From Phoronis australis (lineage: Eukaryota > Animalia > Phoronida): a DNA stretch of 51,681 bases. Numbering within the stretch: position 1 is the first letter of the stretch; each line of letters begins with the position of its first letter. The position numbers were made by a program, and so were the translations under genes. This document shows, piece after piece, positions 25,233 through 37,273 of this stretch. The notes beneath the pieces were generated by a model. The model searched no databases. It was not told where the DNA came from and saw nothing but the letters and a program-made list of their open reading frames with translations. Location: positions 340,015 to 391,695 of the forward strand of contig NMRA01000366.1 of the NCBI GenBank assembly GCA_002633005.1, given 5' to 3'.

Positions 25233-28200
25233 CACTTCAGCAATTCAATTAGGTGCGCCCACCTTGAAAACAAGACACAACTTTAAATTAACTCAGACTG
25301 ACAATGCAACAGGAAACATGATTCCCAAATTAATCAAAAATGTATTACGGATTTTGAATATAGTTCACTGAAATGAGACTACGCGTGCTTTGGAAACAAA
25401 ACTTAATTCAAAATGAAATAATATAATCATTGAAAGCTAGAATTGAAGGCTCCTCTTATATCTGAGCTTGAATTTCTTCTGATAATATTTATAAAAAAAT
25501 AGTTAGAACTTGGAAAATATAAGCATGGCTGAACACAGCAGTTTTTCTGAAAATAAATTTCTCCCAAACATATGCCACCAGCTCACAGTGAAACCTATCG
25601 CTTGACAAGAGACACAAGCCATATCCCAAATAGGGTCGGTGGTGTACTTAAGATAAATACTAGTATATTACAGCAGTGTGGTAAATTTATGAAGTGAATG
25701 TAGCAATACAGCCCTCGATTTGGCGACTTGAAGGTTGCCAATGCGACCTCAGATTGTGTTTGGTGCCACGAAGTCGCCACTGCGAGTATCAAAGTCAGAC
25801 AATAATTCAGCCTAAATTTATTTCAAATGTCTTGTTCCAAACTTTAAATTACTAACATATTTCCTAGATTCATTACCTTTGACTCACAGTTGGTCCGTTT
25901 ATTTAGAGAACCAGGCAAACAGTGAATAGCGGGCCCATTACTTAGTGGATGAAACTGGTTCTCCAAATCATTGACCGCTATATACGACCAGTGCCAAGCA
26001 TTATGACCATATGACCTTTTTTGTTCCAATGAACATATAAGACAGATCGGTAACCTTGTATTTCGTTTGGCGACCTGGGATTTTTGCCAGGTCGCCAAAT
26101 TTCCCTTAAAACGGAACTGCATTTTATTCTGAATAAATTCTGGATAGTTTTCCGTGAATTGTTGATTAATTTCACAAATAATTCAACAACAAAAAATTAA
26201 ACTTATATTCTCTAACGAAGCTCAAAAATTACCGGCTTGAAGCGTTGCTTAGTCTCGTGACATTTTTGGCGGGGGCAATCACTGTCCTGTGGTTGCGTGC
26301 AATCAAGTAGCGCATTTCATATCATCGGAATAAGAAATTTTAGTGTGAAATGTCGGGTCACCAGGAATACCTGTTTGAGCCGAGGCAACACAAAGTGATA
26401 CCCAGTCATGGTCATCGTCAGACGAAAATTTGCCGGTGCAACCAGTCCTTACACTGGTGTAAGTGTGCCGTGGGCAATGTGGACTCTAGCCAGCCAGCTG
26501 CCAGCCAATACTCAGCGCAGTTAACTTGAAGGGTTGGTAAGTTACCGACTATAGCTGTATGAAGACTATCGTACCACTGTGTGTTGAGCTCCTTTAACCC
26601 CGAAATTTCCAACAGCCGTTGACTACCCGGGTATAGTTGACTTATGCTAGTCACCTCCTCGTAAAACTTACGCTACATCAACATATAAAGCTAACGGACC
26701 GGCGGGGTTGCATGCAAAATCTGGTAGTCACCCAACACTCCCATTGTTCGTTGCAACCGTTTAAGTGGAAAACAATCAAATAAACGTCATTTGGTAGCAT
26801 AACTTGCTGCCTTTTTAACAAAGAAGTGTGTCATCCATTCAAAAACAGCACGCTCGTGACACGGCGCACGCGCTATTTCGTAAAAATATGAGACGTCTTT
26901 CAGGACATTATGACAGCTTTGCAGCACCAAAGTTGTTCTAAAATTCGGTTTGTTGGTATAAAAATACTAAAAACTTCTAACAAAATGAAACAAGTTCCTA
27001 TAATTTGTTATAACATGTACGCAACCTAGGTACCGTCTGCAACAAACACTTGATAAAAGAATCGGGGGGAAAAAACTGGTGAAGGTCAGGTGACGTAATC
27101 GCAAAAAGCCGACTCAAGAGAACACATCACAATTTTAGCAGCAGCCGATGAATGATCGCTAACTTTTCCAACACTGGTAAATACAGAAGTTAGTTTACTC
27201 TAGGAACCTGGTTCCTATGTTTACTCAAGGATGAGATTAGTTTTAATGACATTAAGTCAGATCGGCTATTGAAAACCTGTAGGCCTATATTTAGTATATA
27301 GCTTTGGGCCAAGGCTTGGGGAACCCGGCGATGGTATGCGGTGACCAACCCTTTAGAAGACACCTTTTTCGAAGAGTTTGAACAAGCAGGTGCCATACGA
27401 AAAGGCATGGCGAACCTTTTACAGCACTGTGGCAAACAATAAAAAATAAGGACGATTGATACAATGATAAATTACGGTGTAAACTCTTCAAAATATGACA
27501 TAAGCCATGAATGTGTAAAGCAGTCTATACCCCGCCATTCACGTCACTGACACATCAGCCGATCAGGGATCGCTTTCAGAATTCAGAGTTTTAACCATGA
27601 ATACGAATCGGCTTTTGTTTGGCACGCAAGTCAAGCAAATATGAGTTTTATTTGAATGTTACTGTTAAAACCGATTAACTGCAACATTATTTTGACTACA
27701 TTCCCCTCCTAATGTTAATTACTTGCCTGGCGTTCGTTTTTAAAACTGGTTTAACGACTAACGTAGGTTGAGTGAGATTGAGCCACCGAAAATTTTCAAA
27801 ACACCTGTGACTTTGTGAGTGTGACCTGGCTTAGAACCTTAGGTCCTTAGGCTTAGAAGTAAGATTTGAGAGGTGCGGGGACCCGGGATAGAGTAGTTTT
27901 CACTACAGCGTCATCAATACACGTACACTTCTGTGGTTGAACCCTAGGAATATCCAACCTTTAGAAAATCAAACGATTTGGGTACGCAGACCACTGTAAC
28001 TTGGACAACATGTTCAACGCTGCCTCACATGCGTGATACCGGAAGAGTTATATAAATATACTTCCAAAAGTGAAGAGTTATTCATAAACAAATGAGCAGC
28101 GTTAGACGAAACGCTTAGGCATCAGCCAGATAGTCTAGTCGACAAATGGCCCGTCGTGCACCCCCCGATCTTCAACTTCTAAGTTGAATTTTTAGAAAGG

Positions 28201-28515
28201 AAAATATGTGTTAAATCTGGTGTTAACAAACCGAAAAAATGTCCCTCGTATGTTTTTATGCAAACTAGTACCGCCCTGAGTACCCCGGATTTCATGAGTT
28301 GTGTTATTTCGCGATGTCGCCGACTTCATATAATTGAAAAAACTAAATGTTTGTGGGCCAAGCAATACATTAGAACAACAAGTAAGTAACACAAGCTATC
28401 TTGAACATGGTACAGATATAAATCACTCAACACATGGAGCAGAAGTACTGTGTAACACAGTAAGGACAGAAGGCGAGATCTACCCGATCTTTTTTGCCCG
28501 AAGCTGTCCGATGGC

Positions 28516-28581
28516 TAGGCAATGACCATCGCCTCTGTTGGCCTGTCTGTTCGGGCCAACAGATGCGATGGTCATTGCCTA
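28516..28581. repeat. 28-bp-stem hairpin
   Basis: TAGGCAATGACCATCGCCTCTGTTGGCC / GGCCAACAGATGCGATGGTCATTGCCTA, 1 mismatch, 10-nt loop. Confidence 0.85.
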
Positions 28582-29667
28582 TCCGAGGGCTTCGCCCTCA
28601 TTTACTCTCGCTGCGTGGGGCATGAAAATCTTCTATTTTTATCCCACGTTCAGGACGTTGATGTTGACCCATCCACTGAAAACAAACTGTGACATTGCAG
28701 TCCAAAACTTCAGAAAAAACACGTTGAATACAAACTAACATCGAACTTATACATGAATGGGTTGCTGACGCACTGCATATGGCAATCAGTGCGAATCCAA
28801 TGCTGGGGACAGGGAAAATAGAATTACATTCCAAATTAAAGCAGCTGTCGACACAGATGTACTGAAAGATCCCTATAAGAAAATTAATGAGGTCGAAGCT
28901 TATCTACTGACATCAAAGAACACTCTATCCTTATCCATTCTCCATTTATGAACATGGCGATTTTACAATCTCAAGCAATGTCAGAGGAACAGCAAGCGAA
29001 AAACTGCAACAACTTCATGAAATTCGGACAAACGTCTCTAACAGCCATATGATTCTCCACATATTGTACGCAGCCCGTGTGTGATTCGTTCTCTTCTTCC
29101 AAGTGAATTGGAAGAAAATGGGTTATCACAGAAAAAGCTATTAACATTTTACTGCCAAACTTCACCGCTTGGGAGACAGTGAAGGTCCAGAGGCACCAAG
29201 CTCCCAAGTGAACCGGTATTCGCCGCATCAACATCATGCACCATCGTGGTCATTTTCCCACTTGAGTGCATAGTCTGCAGCCGACTGAAACCATGCAAAG
29301 GATGGCAGCCATCTTCACAGGAACAGGTAATAACAGCTGAGCTAATACATGAATTAATGTATTAAGAGTCTTCTTTTTTATATTTTCATTTCATTTCTCA
29401 ACAAGCGTGTGAGGTATATCATTTTGTTGCCCAGTATCAATCTGAGAGCTGGCCAGATGATAATTGTTAAATCAGGATTGTTCTAAAACCTCCTCGACCA
29501 GCACCCCACTGACGACCCCCTCGACCGACGACCTCCTCGACCCACCGGCACGGCACACAACCTCCTCGACCCAGTTTAAACAAGCTCGATTCGATCTCAA
29601 CATAGAACCAGTGCTGACTAACAGGACCATCGAGTCTGGCCGTGAACTCGGCTGGCTTTTCTCTGTT

Positions 29668-29946
29668 TTGGCTGCCGCAAGCAATTAAATGTAACAGCAA
29701 CAGCGTGAAGCGTGAGGAAATATTGAGTTCCGGAACTACGACCACTGGCGACCCCAGACCGCGCCGGTATCGTGTTCCCCTTTTTTGTTTAGTCCACCGA
29801 TAAATTTTTCGAACAGCAGGTCGACATGCCCGGCTCCCGCAAAGTTTCGGGCCGCCTGTGTACATACAAGAAATAAAATCGCGCTTTGCCCAATTCTTCG
29901 GTGCAACATGTTGAGCCCCCCTTATGTTATCCTAGATCCGCCACTG
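29668..29946 (+). mobile_element. 5'-truncated GGCGGATTTAGG-family MITE
   Basis: Shares AGCGTGAAGCGTGAGGAAATATTGAGTTC and TTTAGTCCACCGATA with 5752-6029; ends CCTAGATCCGCCACTG. Confidence 0.7.
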
Positions 29947-31448
29947 CTTACTGATTGATTTCTTGCTCACCTATGTTTGTGAAGTGGACACAGAAGAGCA
30001 AAGTGGATAGTTGTATGGAAGTTTCACGGAAAACAATGAAAGTGACATGGAGTTTTAGAACACGTAATCAGTGACATCAACACCTAATGATTGTTCATAT
30101 TTCTGCAACCATTTCCCCATGTTTTTGTCTTGAGATATTTAAAACATTTGTTGAAATTTGGCTCTTTAAAGAGCTGATTATATAAAACTAAAAGTTGCAC
30201 ATTCAGTGTTTATATTGGCTTATGTACACTTTCAGTGTAGTATTGATCGTAAGTAACCGTATAATGCAAATTAGATGTAATGGATTATGAAGAAAATTAT
30301 TCCATCGTAATGGTTGACCCTCAAAATATCGGTTTTGACACTTGATTTATTCACTTGCGAGAATAAGAAAGTGAGATATCATCAAATAACGAAACATCGG
30401 TAAAGGCGGCAATAATTTGCATAAAAACGCACGTGGCCTCGGACACTTTTTCGGCTTGTTAACAATTTTTATGGTTTTCGCTCATATTTTGCTTTGCAAA
30501 AATGCAACTTAAAAGTCGAAGTCCCGAGGGTGCACGGGGTCCATTTTTTGACTCAACTAAGAGATTTTTATCTTTGGTAACCCACCAGCCACAGTTTTCT
30601 CGCTGGTTCCCTACGTGCCTAGCGGCACACAGGGAACCAGCGAGCCACATTTATAGACCATAAAGAAATCTGGACGTTCCTAAATTACCGACGGTCATTG
30701 AAATCAATCGAAAAAATTCTTATAGTTTAAGCTACTTAATCATATTTTCATTCTGACTAACGATCGTACAATGTGGTATCATCTAAATTCAAAACAAAAA
30801 CTCTCGCACCTACAAAACACCGAACCAACCCGAAAGATACGAAATCACGTTTAAAACGAGAACCTCGGGTATGATGGTATAACCTGGTTCCTGAGCCTCA
30901 CACGCTGACGTCACGGATAGCTATAGGGTCTGTGGAAGAGACTAGGGTATCGTGCAGGAAACCCGAGGACCGAAACACCACCGTGACACTTTCAAACATT
31001 GTTTGATTATGAATAAATCTTAAAAATAAATAAATAAATCTTGTTAAGTTGTGTTGTTTTAATTACTAAATTTTTTGAGTATTTTAGACAACTTGTGACG
31101 GATTGGCGTTCTACATTATTTTCAGTTCTGCTAAGTTGTGGTACGATATCATTTTGGCCAGTGCGTGAAGTATCGTTGCGTCACCTATCGGCCAGTTTTT
31201 TTCTCCACGTCTTCAGTCAACAGTTCTTCCACGAGGTTGTCACAACAAATTAATCAATAATCACGACACTCGAAAGTCGAAATCAGTAATGTTTTTGTTT
31301 TTCGTTCTTTTTTTTTGAAGAAAATATTTTTGAGAAAATATTGAATATTCTGAAATTAGCTGAATGATCACCGAGATAATCAATGAGATAAATTAAGTAG
31401 ATCATTGGAGATAACGTGTTGAGAGTATAGATTACATGGGGGTAAATG

Positions 31449-31595
31449 CATGAGCGGCGCAGCATTGAAAAAAGTGGGGGCCCACCCTCACCAGCCCCCC
31501 TGCGGTGCACCGCCCATAGACCATGGGCAGCGGAGCACTGAAAAAAGTGGGGCTATAGCCCCGCCCCCGCAGCCCCCTATGGTGCGCCGTCCATG
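31449..31595 (-). mobile_element. Dimeric CATG-ended MITE, copy 2
   Basis: Reverse-complement homolog of 10724-10865 and 41999-42143; TSD not clean. Confidence 0.8.
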
Positions 31596-32050
31596 GGTAT
31601 ATGTTGAAGAAATTCGCCCACAGACAAGTTGCACGAGTTTTACCGATAAAAATCAAATAACAAAGTCAATGTAAGTTACGTTTTATTATTGACAATTATT
31701 AACAAATAAAAAGCTACTGAAAAGTACTTGAAGATGCTTTAACTCAAAGTTTGAGGCTACTGACATCGGTCTCAGAAAATTTGAAAAATTGTCCGGGTGA
31801 CGTTCGTTTCCCATCCCCGGGGTTTCTATTTTAAAAGTCAGGGTTTGTGTTTTTCGGTTTAGCTGTTTTGAAGGTGCGGGAGTCTGTTTTTGACTCTGTG
31901 ATATGTGTTGTACCCCGGGGCTTCCTGTTTCCGGCGACGGGACACTCTGAATTTCGATGGTGAAACAAACGTGTAGCGGGAAGCTTACGGCGGTCTGGCC
32001 AATGAAAATTGCAGCCTCGTCCTCAAGCCTCAAGATGACGCTGATCAGAT

Positions 32051-33234
32051 CATGCGCGTACCCAGCCTTTAATATGGGAGGCTCGAATTTCTGACAATGT
32101 GGACCTTTTGATCTCAAAGGACTAAAAAAAAATAACCGGGGTACTGCCTTCATAACCATAGGCGGATTTAGGGGGGGCCGGACCCCCCTCCCCCCTTGGC
32201 TGCCGCAAAAAAATAAAACAGCAAGAGCGTAGGGAAATGTTGAGTTTATTAATTAATCCAGGTAATTAAAATTATACGGATGAAACAAGATTTAAATGTG
32301 TGCAGTTTAGTGTTGGGGGGGGGGGCTCAGATCCAATTTCAAGTGTCAAATTCAGAACACGGCGCATTCGTAACGGAACCATGGCTAAGTATAGGCTCTC
32401 TCGCGATATCCCAGGCGACCGGCAGTGACGTTGCGCACTACGACCCCGTTTGCGTCGTCTGCTCCACTGTGCTATGAAGAAAATTTTCTTCATTTTTTAA
32501 AGAAAATGGAATCTGAGTGACGATGAAAAAACAAAAGCTGTTGGTAAGATGTGAATTTTAATCGAAGCCTTAGTGAATCACTCAGAAACTCATAATTCTC
32601 TCTTTGTCAAACCTTAACTTAAGACGATTTCCAAAGCAATCCCGTCATTATTGCCAACACGAAAAACGGATTTGGTCTTTTGGGCATTTGAAGACTACTT
32701 TAAATACAACAAATTTGTTAAGAACCGGTTGCAAAAATATAAAACATGTAATAAGCATTACAAAATGAAGTAGGTTTCGCGCGCAAACGCTGTGGACCGC
32801 AAACAAGTAGGTCTCGTAATATCAGATCCTTAGGTAAGTTGTGGTGGTGTATTGGTGAAGCATTCGCGTTCCATTCGCTAGGTCGTGAGTTGTAGTCTGT
32901 GGAACGTGCGTTTTTTCCTGTTTGACACGTTCATTTTTGTGTTTTTTTTGTTTTTTTTTTTTGCTTTATTTTTCTTGGATAATACTTTAGCAATCAAGGA
33001 AAATGTTTGATTTTTAGAGGAAAAAACAGAAAAATTTCCCCCTCCCGACCTCCCCCCATTCGATGCTATACGCATCAACAATCGTGGTTGGCGCAAATGC
33101 TTACAGCCGGACAAAATGTTGGGCCCCCCTTGTGATATCCTAGATACGCCACTGATTAACTGTGAACTTTTGCCCACTTCGCCAAATCATGGGGGCTCGT
33201 TCGAGCCCCCCAAGCCCCCCTGGGTGCGAGCATG
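32051..33234 (+). mobile_element. CATGCGCGTACCCAG-family MITE hosting a nested element
   Basis: TIR CATGCGCGTACCCAG / CTGGGTGCGAGCATG; flanks CAGAT/CAGTT. Confidence 0.7.
32157..33154 (+). mobile_element. Nested CA(T/G)xGGCGGATTTAGG..CCTAGATCCGCCACTG-type non-autonomous element
   Basis: TIR-like ends; shares the TTGGCTGCCGCAA..GAAAT.TTGAGTT block with 5752-6029 and 29668-29946. Confidence 0.7.
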
Positions 33235-33793
33235 CAGTTTAGCCATTCGAGGCATGGTGAGAAGAAATCTGCTGCGCGCTGAATTGCTGCAGACAACTTT
33301 CATCGCTGAAAAGAGCGACAGAAGAAACCTTAAAACGCTTTCATCTCTGAATACTTTTAAGTATTTAAAAATACCAATTCATGAAGATTTTTATCCTTAC
33401 TTCTTTGATGTGATGAATTTGATTATTTTTTCCAGAAGGCGCCGGTGTCACGGGACTTATTCGGAAAACGAGCAGATGATATTGTTTTCCTTATTGTTTG
33501 AAATAAAAGGTGCTCGTGTATGCCTACTTATTGTCAATTTTGTTTTAATTGAAGCACCATAGACATTATCCTGGTTTTGAATTCAAATATATTTTCTTTC
33601 AGTGCAATAAAAAACATAAATTGCCGCATGAATACTGTTCATTCTAATTTTTTGTATACTTACAGCAAATTTCAAAGTTGATATAACTTAATCACTCGTA
33701 ATTTTTCGGCGATTTTCGTAAAAATATGTCGGAATTCTGACACGTTAATAGTTCTGACTCTCTAATGGTTAAACTGATCAGTACTTTAGTTAA

Positions 33794-34510
33794 AGGAGCA
33801 TGCCACCCAAAAAACAACCTAATTTGTGTCAATTTAGATCGAGTAGTTCCACTCCATTACAACACGTACGGTTGCGTTACCTGACACCTGACGGCAGACG
33901 GAGGTATTGAAATTATCCAATGACGTCAGCTGTTGACAACACGGGTTACTGGTGTCAGCTTATTGCTTGAAGTCATCGTTTAACACCAATAATTCACCAA
34001 ACTTCGAGCTAAACCCTTAAAAATACACAGAGTTCTTATAAAAACGTGTTGTTTTATTTCGCTGTTACGGATTTATTGGTATTTGAACACACCCTAGCTT
34101 ACAAAGTTCGGCAGGCCAACAAGGTCCGTAGCAGGAGATAAGTTCGAAGTATTTTCCGTGAGATACAGACAAGAAAACCTAGATCTGTGTTGTTTAGACT
34201 TATGATTTTATGAGTTCCTAAACACAAAACGCTGGTTATCCTGGCCAGTGGCTCGGAGCCGGGTTGACTGGTTATCCCCGGCCGGTCAGAGTGGCTCGGA
34301 AACTGATCAGACATCTCGAATTGAAACCAGCCAAAGTTCAGTGGAAACTAAACTTCCAGTCAAGAAAATACTATACTACTGAGCCAAAGTAATGTCCACG
34401 TGATTATGTTGGTGAATTAGCCACGAAACTGCAAATCTACTTACTTGTCGGGGGTCGCGAATTCAGGTTCCGCTTTGGCCCGCACAGCATCCGCCAGGGC
34501 AGAAGTTGTA
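33794..34510. mobile_element. Second, truncated copy of the same Kolobok-like element
   Basis: TTAA+AGGAGCATGCCACCC terminus and clear similarity to 16467-16920 (e.g. GGTTGCGTTACCTGACACCTGAC); no second TIR found. Confidence 0.75.
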
Positions 34511-34655
34511 CAATTGCGCAAGGTGTAAAGTTCTTGTATACAGTGATACATGGCGCATCATGGCAACACCACATGATATTGATATTGATATTAATATTGC
34601 CTGTTTTCAACTAAGTAGAGGCATTTTTAAACCAGAAATGGATATTTCAATAAAA

Positions 34656-34661
34656 TTTATT
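34656..34661 (-). terminator. Polyadenylation signal AATAAA of the TSP1 gene
   Basis: tttatt on the + strand about 85 nt beyond the stop codon. Confidence 0.6.
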
Positions 34662-34744
34662 AACTAAAAAATACAACTTGCAACAAATTGATCGGCGTTT
34701 ATCGACGGTAAAAGGGATCAATTTAAATAACAGTGCATGTCCAT

Positions 34745-34982
34745 TCATGGTTTGGGAATGGCACACGGGGGCTGATTTAGGCAATATTCCTTCTCGGTAT
34801 CTCCACCACCTTTGCAAAATGGTATTTTCTTGGGACATTGTCGCCTGCGAAATCGCGTTCCCAGGCTTCCACATGTTTTGGAGCACATTGTCCATTCCGT
34901 CCAAAACGTGTAATCTCGAATTTCGTCACAGTCCATTGGAACGTGGCATCTAGCGGTCTGATAAGGTAAACCCGTGCAGTGT
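34745..34982 (-). CDS. TSP1 gene last exon (end of TSR1, TSR2)
   Basis: ctccag|A; WTEWTMCSKTCG, RxRxRxC, TGA stop. Confidence 0.9.
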
Positions 34983-37273
34983 CTGGAGTGGAAATAAAAT
35001 ACTGAATCGAGTTCACTGCTTGAGTAGAAAATGTATACGGTATTGATATCGGCTAAGAAAGTATCCAACTTGTTTAAAAGCATCAGTTAACTGTGTCTTA
35101 AGCAGTGGCGGATCCAAGATTTTCGGAGGGGGGAGGGGGGACAGGACAGAGTATTTGCCCGGATTTTGCCCTTCAGAAATTCTCACCCCCGAACTGCCAA
35201 ATGGAATCTGGGATAATTTTAGGGGGCGCATGGCCCCCTTGGCCCCCCTCTAAATCCGCCACTGCTAATATACTCGAATATGAAGTGTTCGGTTTCTGAC
35301 GAGGATGTCAGACGTAACTAGATGCATATCTAGGGTGGGTCATTCGGGTGAAAGTGTTGACTGTACATACGGGCCCGTAATTATTAATCCGATATCCAAT
35401 GGGAAATATGTTAGTAGGTCACTTGAGCTCTGATGTAGTGTACGCTGGTAATTTGACATTCATATGCTTCGTTCATAATTTTACGCTCGAAATTTTGCGT
35501 GCGTAATTTTACAGTGCACGCTCATAATTTTACGCTCGTCCTTTGCGCATGTTAGTGTTCAGAAGGTAAAATGTCAGGTGCAAAGCATACAAGTTCAAAA
35601 GATTGAAAACATCGAGGACTGAGCGAGTTTTACTGCTAGCTGCCCTGGACATCTCAGACATTTGAAAGTAGTGCGTTTTAATACCACATATTGGGATGCT
35701 AAAAATGTTATCTAGCAATGCTTTGATTTCATTTGTTAAAATTGTCGTACTTTTCAATATTTAAGCGAAGTTGCATTCGCTTTACAAAATGCCGCGTGAG
35801 AACTGTTGAGGTGTGCAGTGCAGAACGAAAGGACAGTCTTTAAAATTTGATTACATCCGAATTGGTAGTTTTGCTACAAGTTTCTTAGCTAAGGACATCC
35901 TATAGATAGGGAGACAGAAGGAAAAACGAACCTCACTCATGGGCGTGCATGGTCCTTTAACGTTATCAGTTAAGGACGGTGCAACGTTTAAGTCTAGGCT
36001 CTCTCAGTTGAAAAGGACAAAACAGTTAAAATGGTCACAGTTTAGCACAGCCAAGCTATAATTATACATGAAATTGTAAACTTAATAGTACGACATTTAC
36101 GGCAAAACTGGGTAAGGTAAGACAAAGTAAGCCTTTTTTAGCCTTTTGCTTACGGGGGAGGGGGNGGGGGGGTGTAATCATCGCTTTAGTATCAACAAGT
36201 GACGTCCACTAGGAAACTATAGTTACAGCAAGCACGGGTACCTCAGTTACCTTGTTTCTGTGCATTCTCTGGACCTGTACTGTGTCGAAATGCCACCACA
36301 CGACAACGAACAATGGCTCCATGGAGACCAGCTCCTCCAATGTGGCTTACCCAGTATACTGGCAATTAACATGTAATGTGTCTTTCGACGAGGCTTCGTT
36401 GCTGGACGGCTCACAATTAAGGTGAGGAATAACAAAAGCAACCACAACACCACGCCTGGAACAGATAGGCTTGATTATACAGATTTCCTGTAGGGTGCCA
36501 TGATACAGTTAAAGGGGCAATAAGCATAGCTCCTGCAAAAAAAAACAACTTTCATTGTTCAAAAGTATTTATCGGCTTCAGATGAACTGTCATTTGTTAC
36601 TGCTTCGTATCAGGCTCGTGAAGTTTACTACGTCGGGTAATTAGGTTGAGCCGTCATCAGACTCAGGCTAGTGAATAGCGGTCAGGGACACTACATCTAG
36701 TGTTTTATTCGTTAACCAATTATATTGAATTAAACCAAGCAAAAGTCTGAGAATAGGATGACGTCACTTTAGAAGTGTAGTTTTAACAACAGATCATGCT
36801 TTATGGCCGCTTGAATAAAAAGTTTGTAACTCGAAGGTTGGAGAAGGAGTCTTTGACACGCATATACTACGGATTTACGGACTTGAATATGAAAAGAAAC
36901 AAAAAAACGATGTGTTATTTTCATGATTGCAGGTGCGGATGTTTTGTAGATTGGTAAAATGGGCAGCTTCCCTGCAGATAAAATTCAGGAACATGCTACT
37001 GCCAACCACTGACTAGAGAGCTATAGATATATAGGTTAGAGCTAGGTACTAGGCCCCCTATACGAGCGAGTAGTGTTCTTTAGTGAATCCTATGCGGCTG
37101 CGGCCACTTAGTGAGGGGGTAATGAGTGAAGCACTTTTGGGTGGAGAATGCAGTACCTCGGACAATAGCTTGTAATCATAGTCAATAATGGAGAGTCTGT
37201 CGAATTCAAACGGTTTTACAAGTATTAATCGTGTACATCGTGTTTTGGTAAATAACTCACTTCGAAAATACAT
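34745..37273 (-). CDS. Small secreted protein with two thrombospondin type-1 repeats; complement join(37273-37261,36455-36251,34982-34745), 151 aa
   Basis: Micro coding exon ATG TAT TTT CGA A|gtgagt splices in phase to give the signal peptide MYFRSVVLWLLLLFLTLIVS. TSR1 WRSWSPWSHCSLSCGG..QYRSREC. TSR2 WTEWTMCSKTCG..TRFRRRQC..C..EYC..C*. AATAAA lies about 85 nt after the stop. Confidence 0.85.
35103..35264. mobile_element. CAGTGGCGGAT-TIR MITE in the TSP1 gene intron
   Basis: CAGTGGCGGATCCA / TAAATCCGCCACTG terminal inverted repeats. Confidence 0.75.
36251..36455 (-). CDS. TSP1 gene exon (signal peptide plus TSR1)
   Basis: ttccag|GC ... ACAAG|gtaac; WxxWxxWxxCSxSCG motif. Confidence 0.9.
37261..37273 (-). 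CDS. TSP1 gene first coding micro-exon
   Basis: Nearby ATG plus strong phase-1 donor (GAA|GTGAGT) that completes the signal peptide. Confidence 0.7.

Noticed and set aside
26672-27110. REXO4 non-coding first exon and promoter (GC|GTAAGT donor at 26671, TGACGTAA near 27091)
   Set aside because: Plausible, but several alternative donors exist; not supportable without transcript data.
36165-36165. Single N inside a G-run
   Set aside because: Base-calling ambiguity in a homopolymer, not biology.
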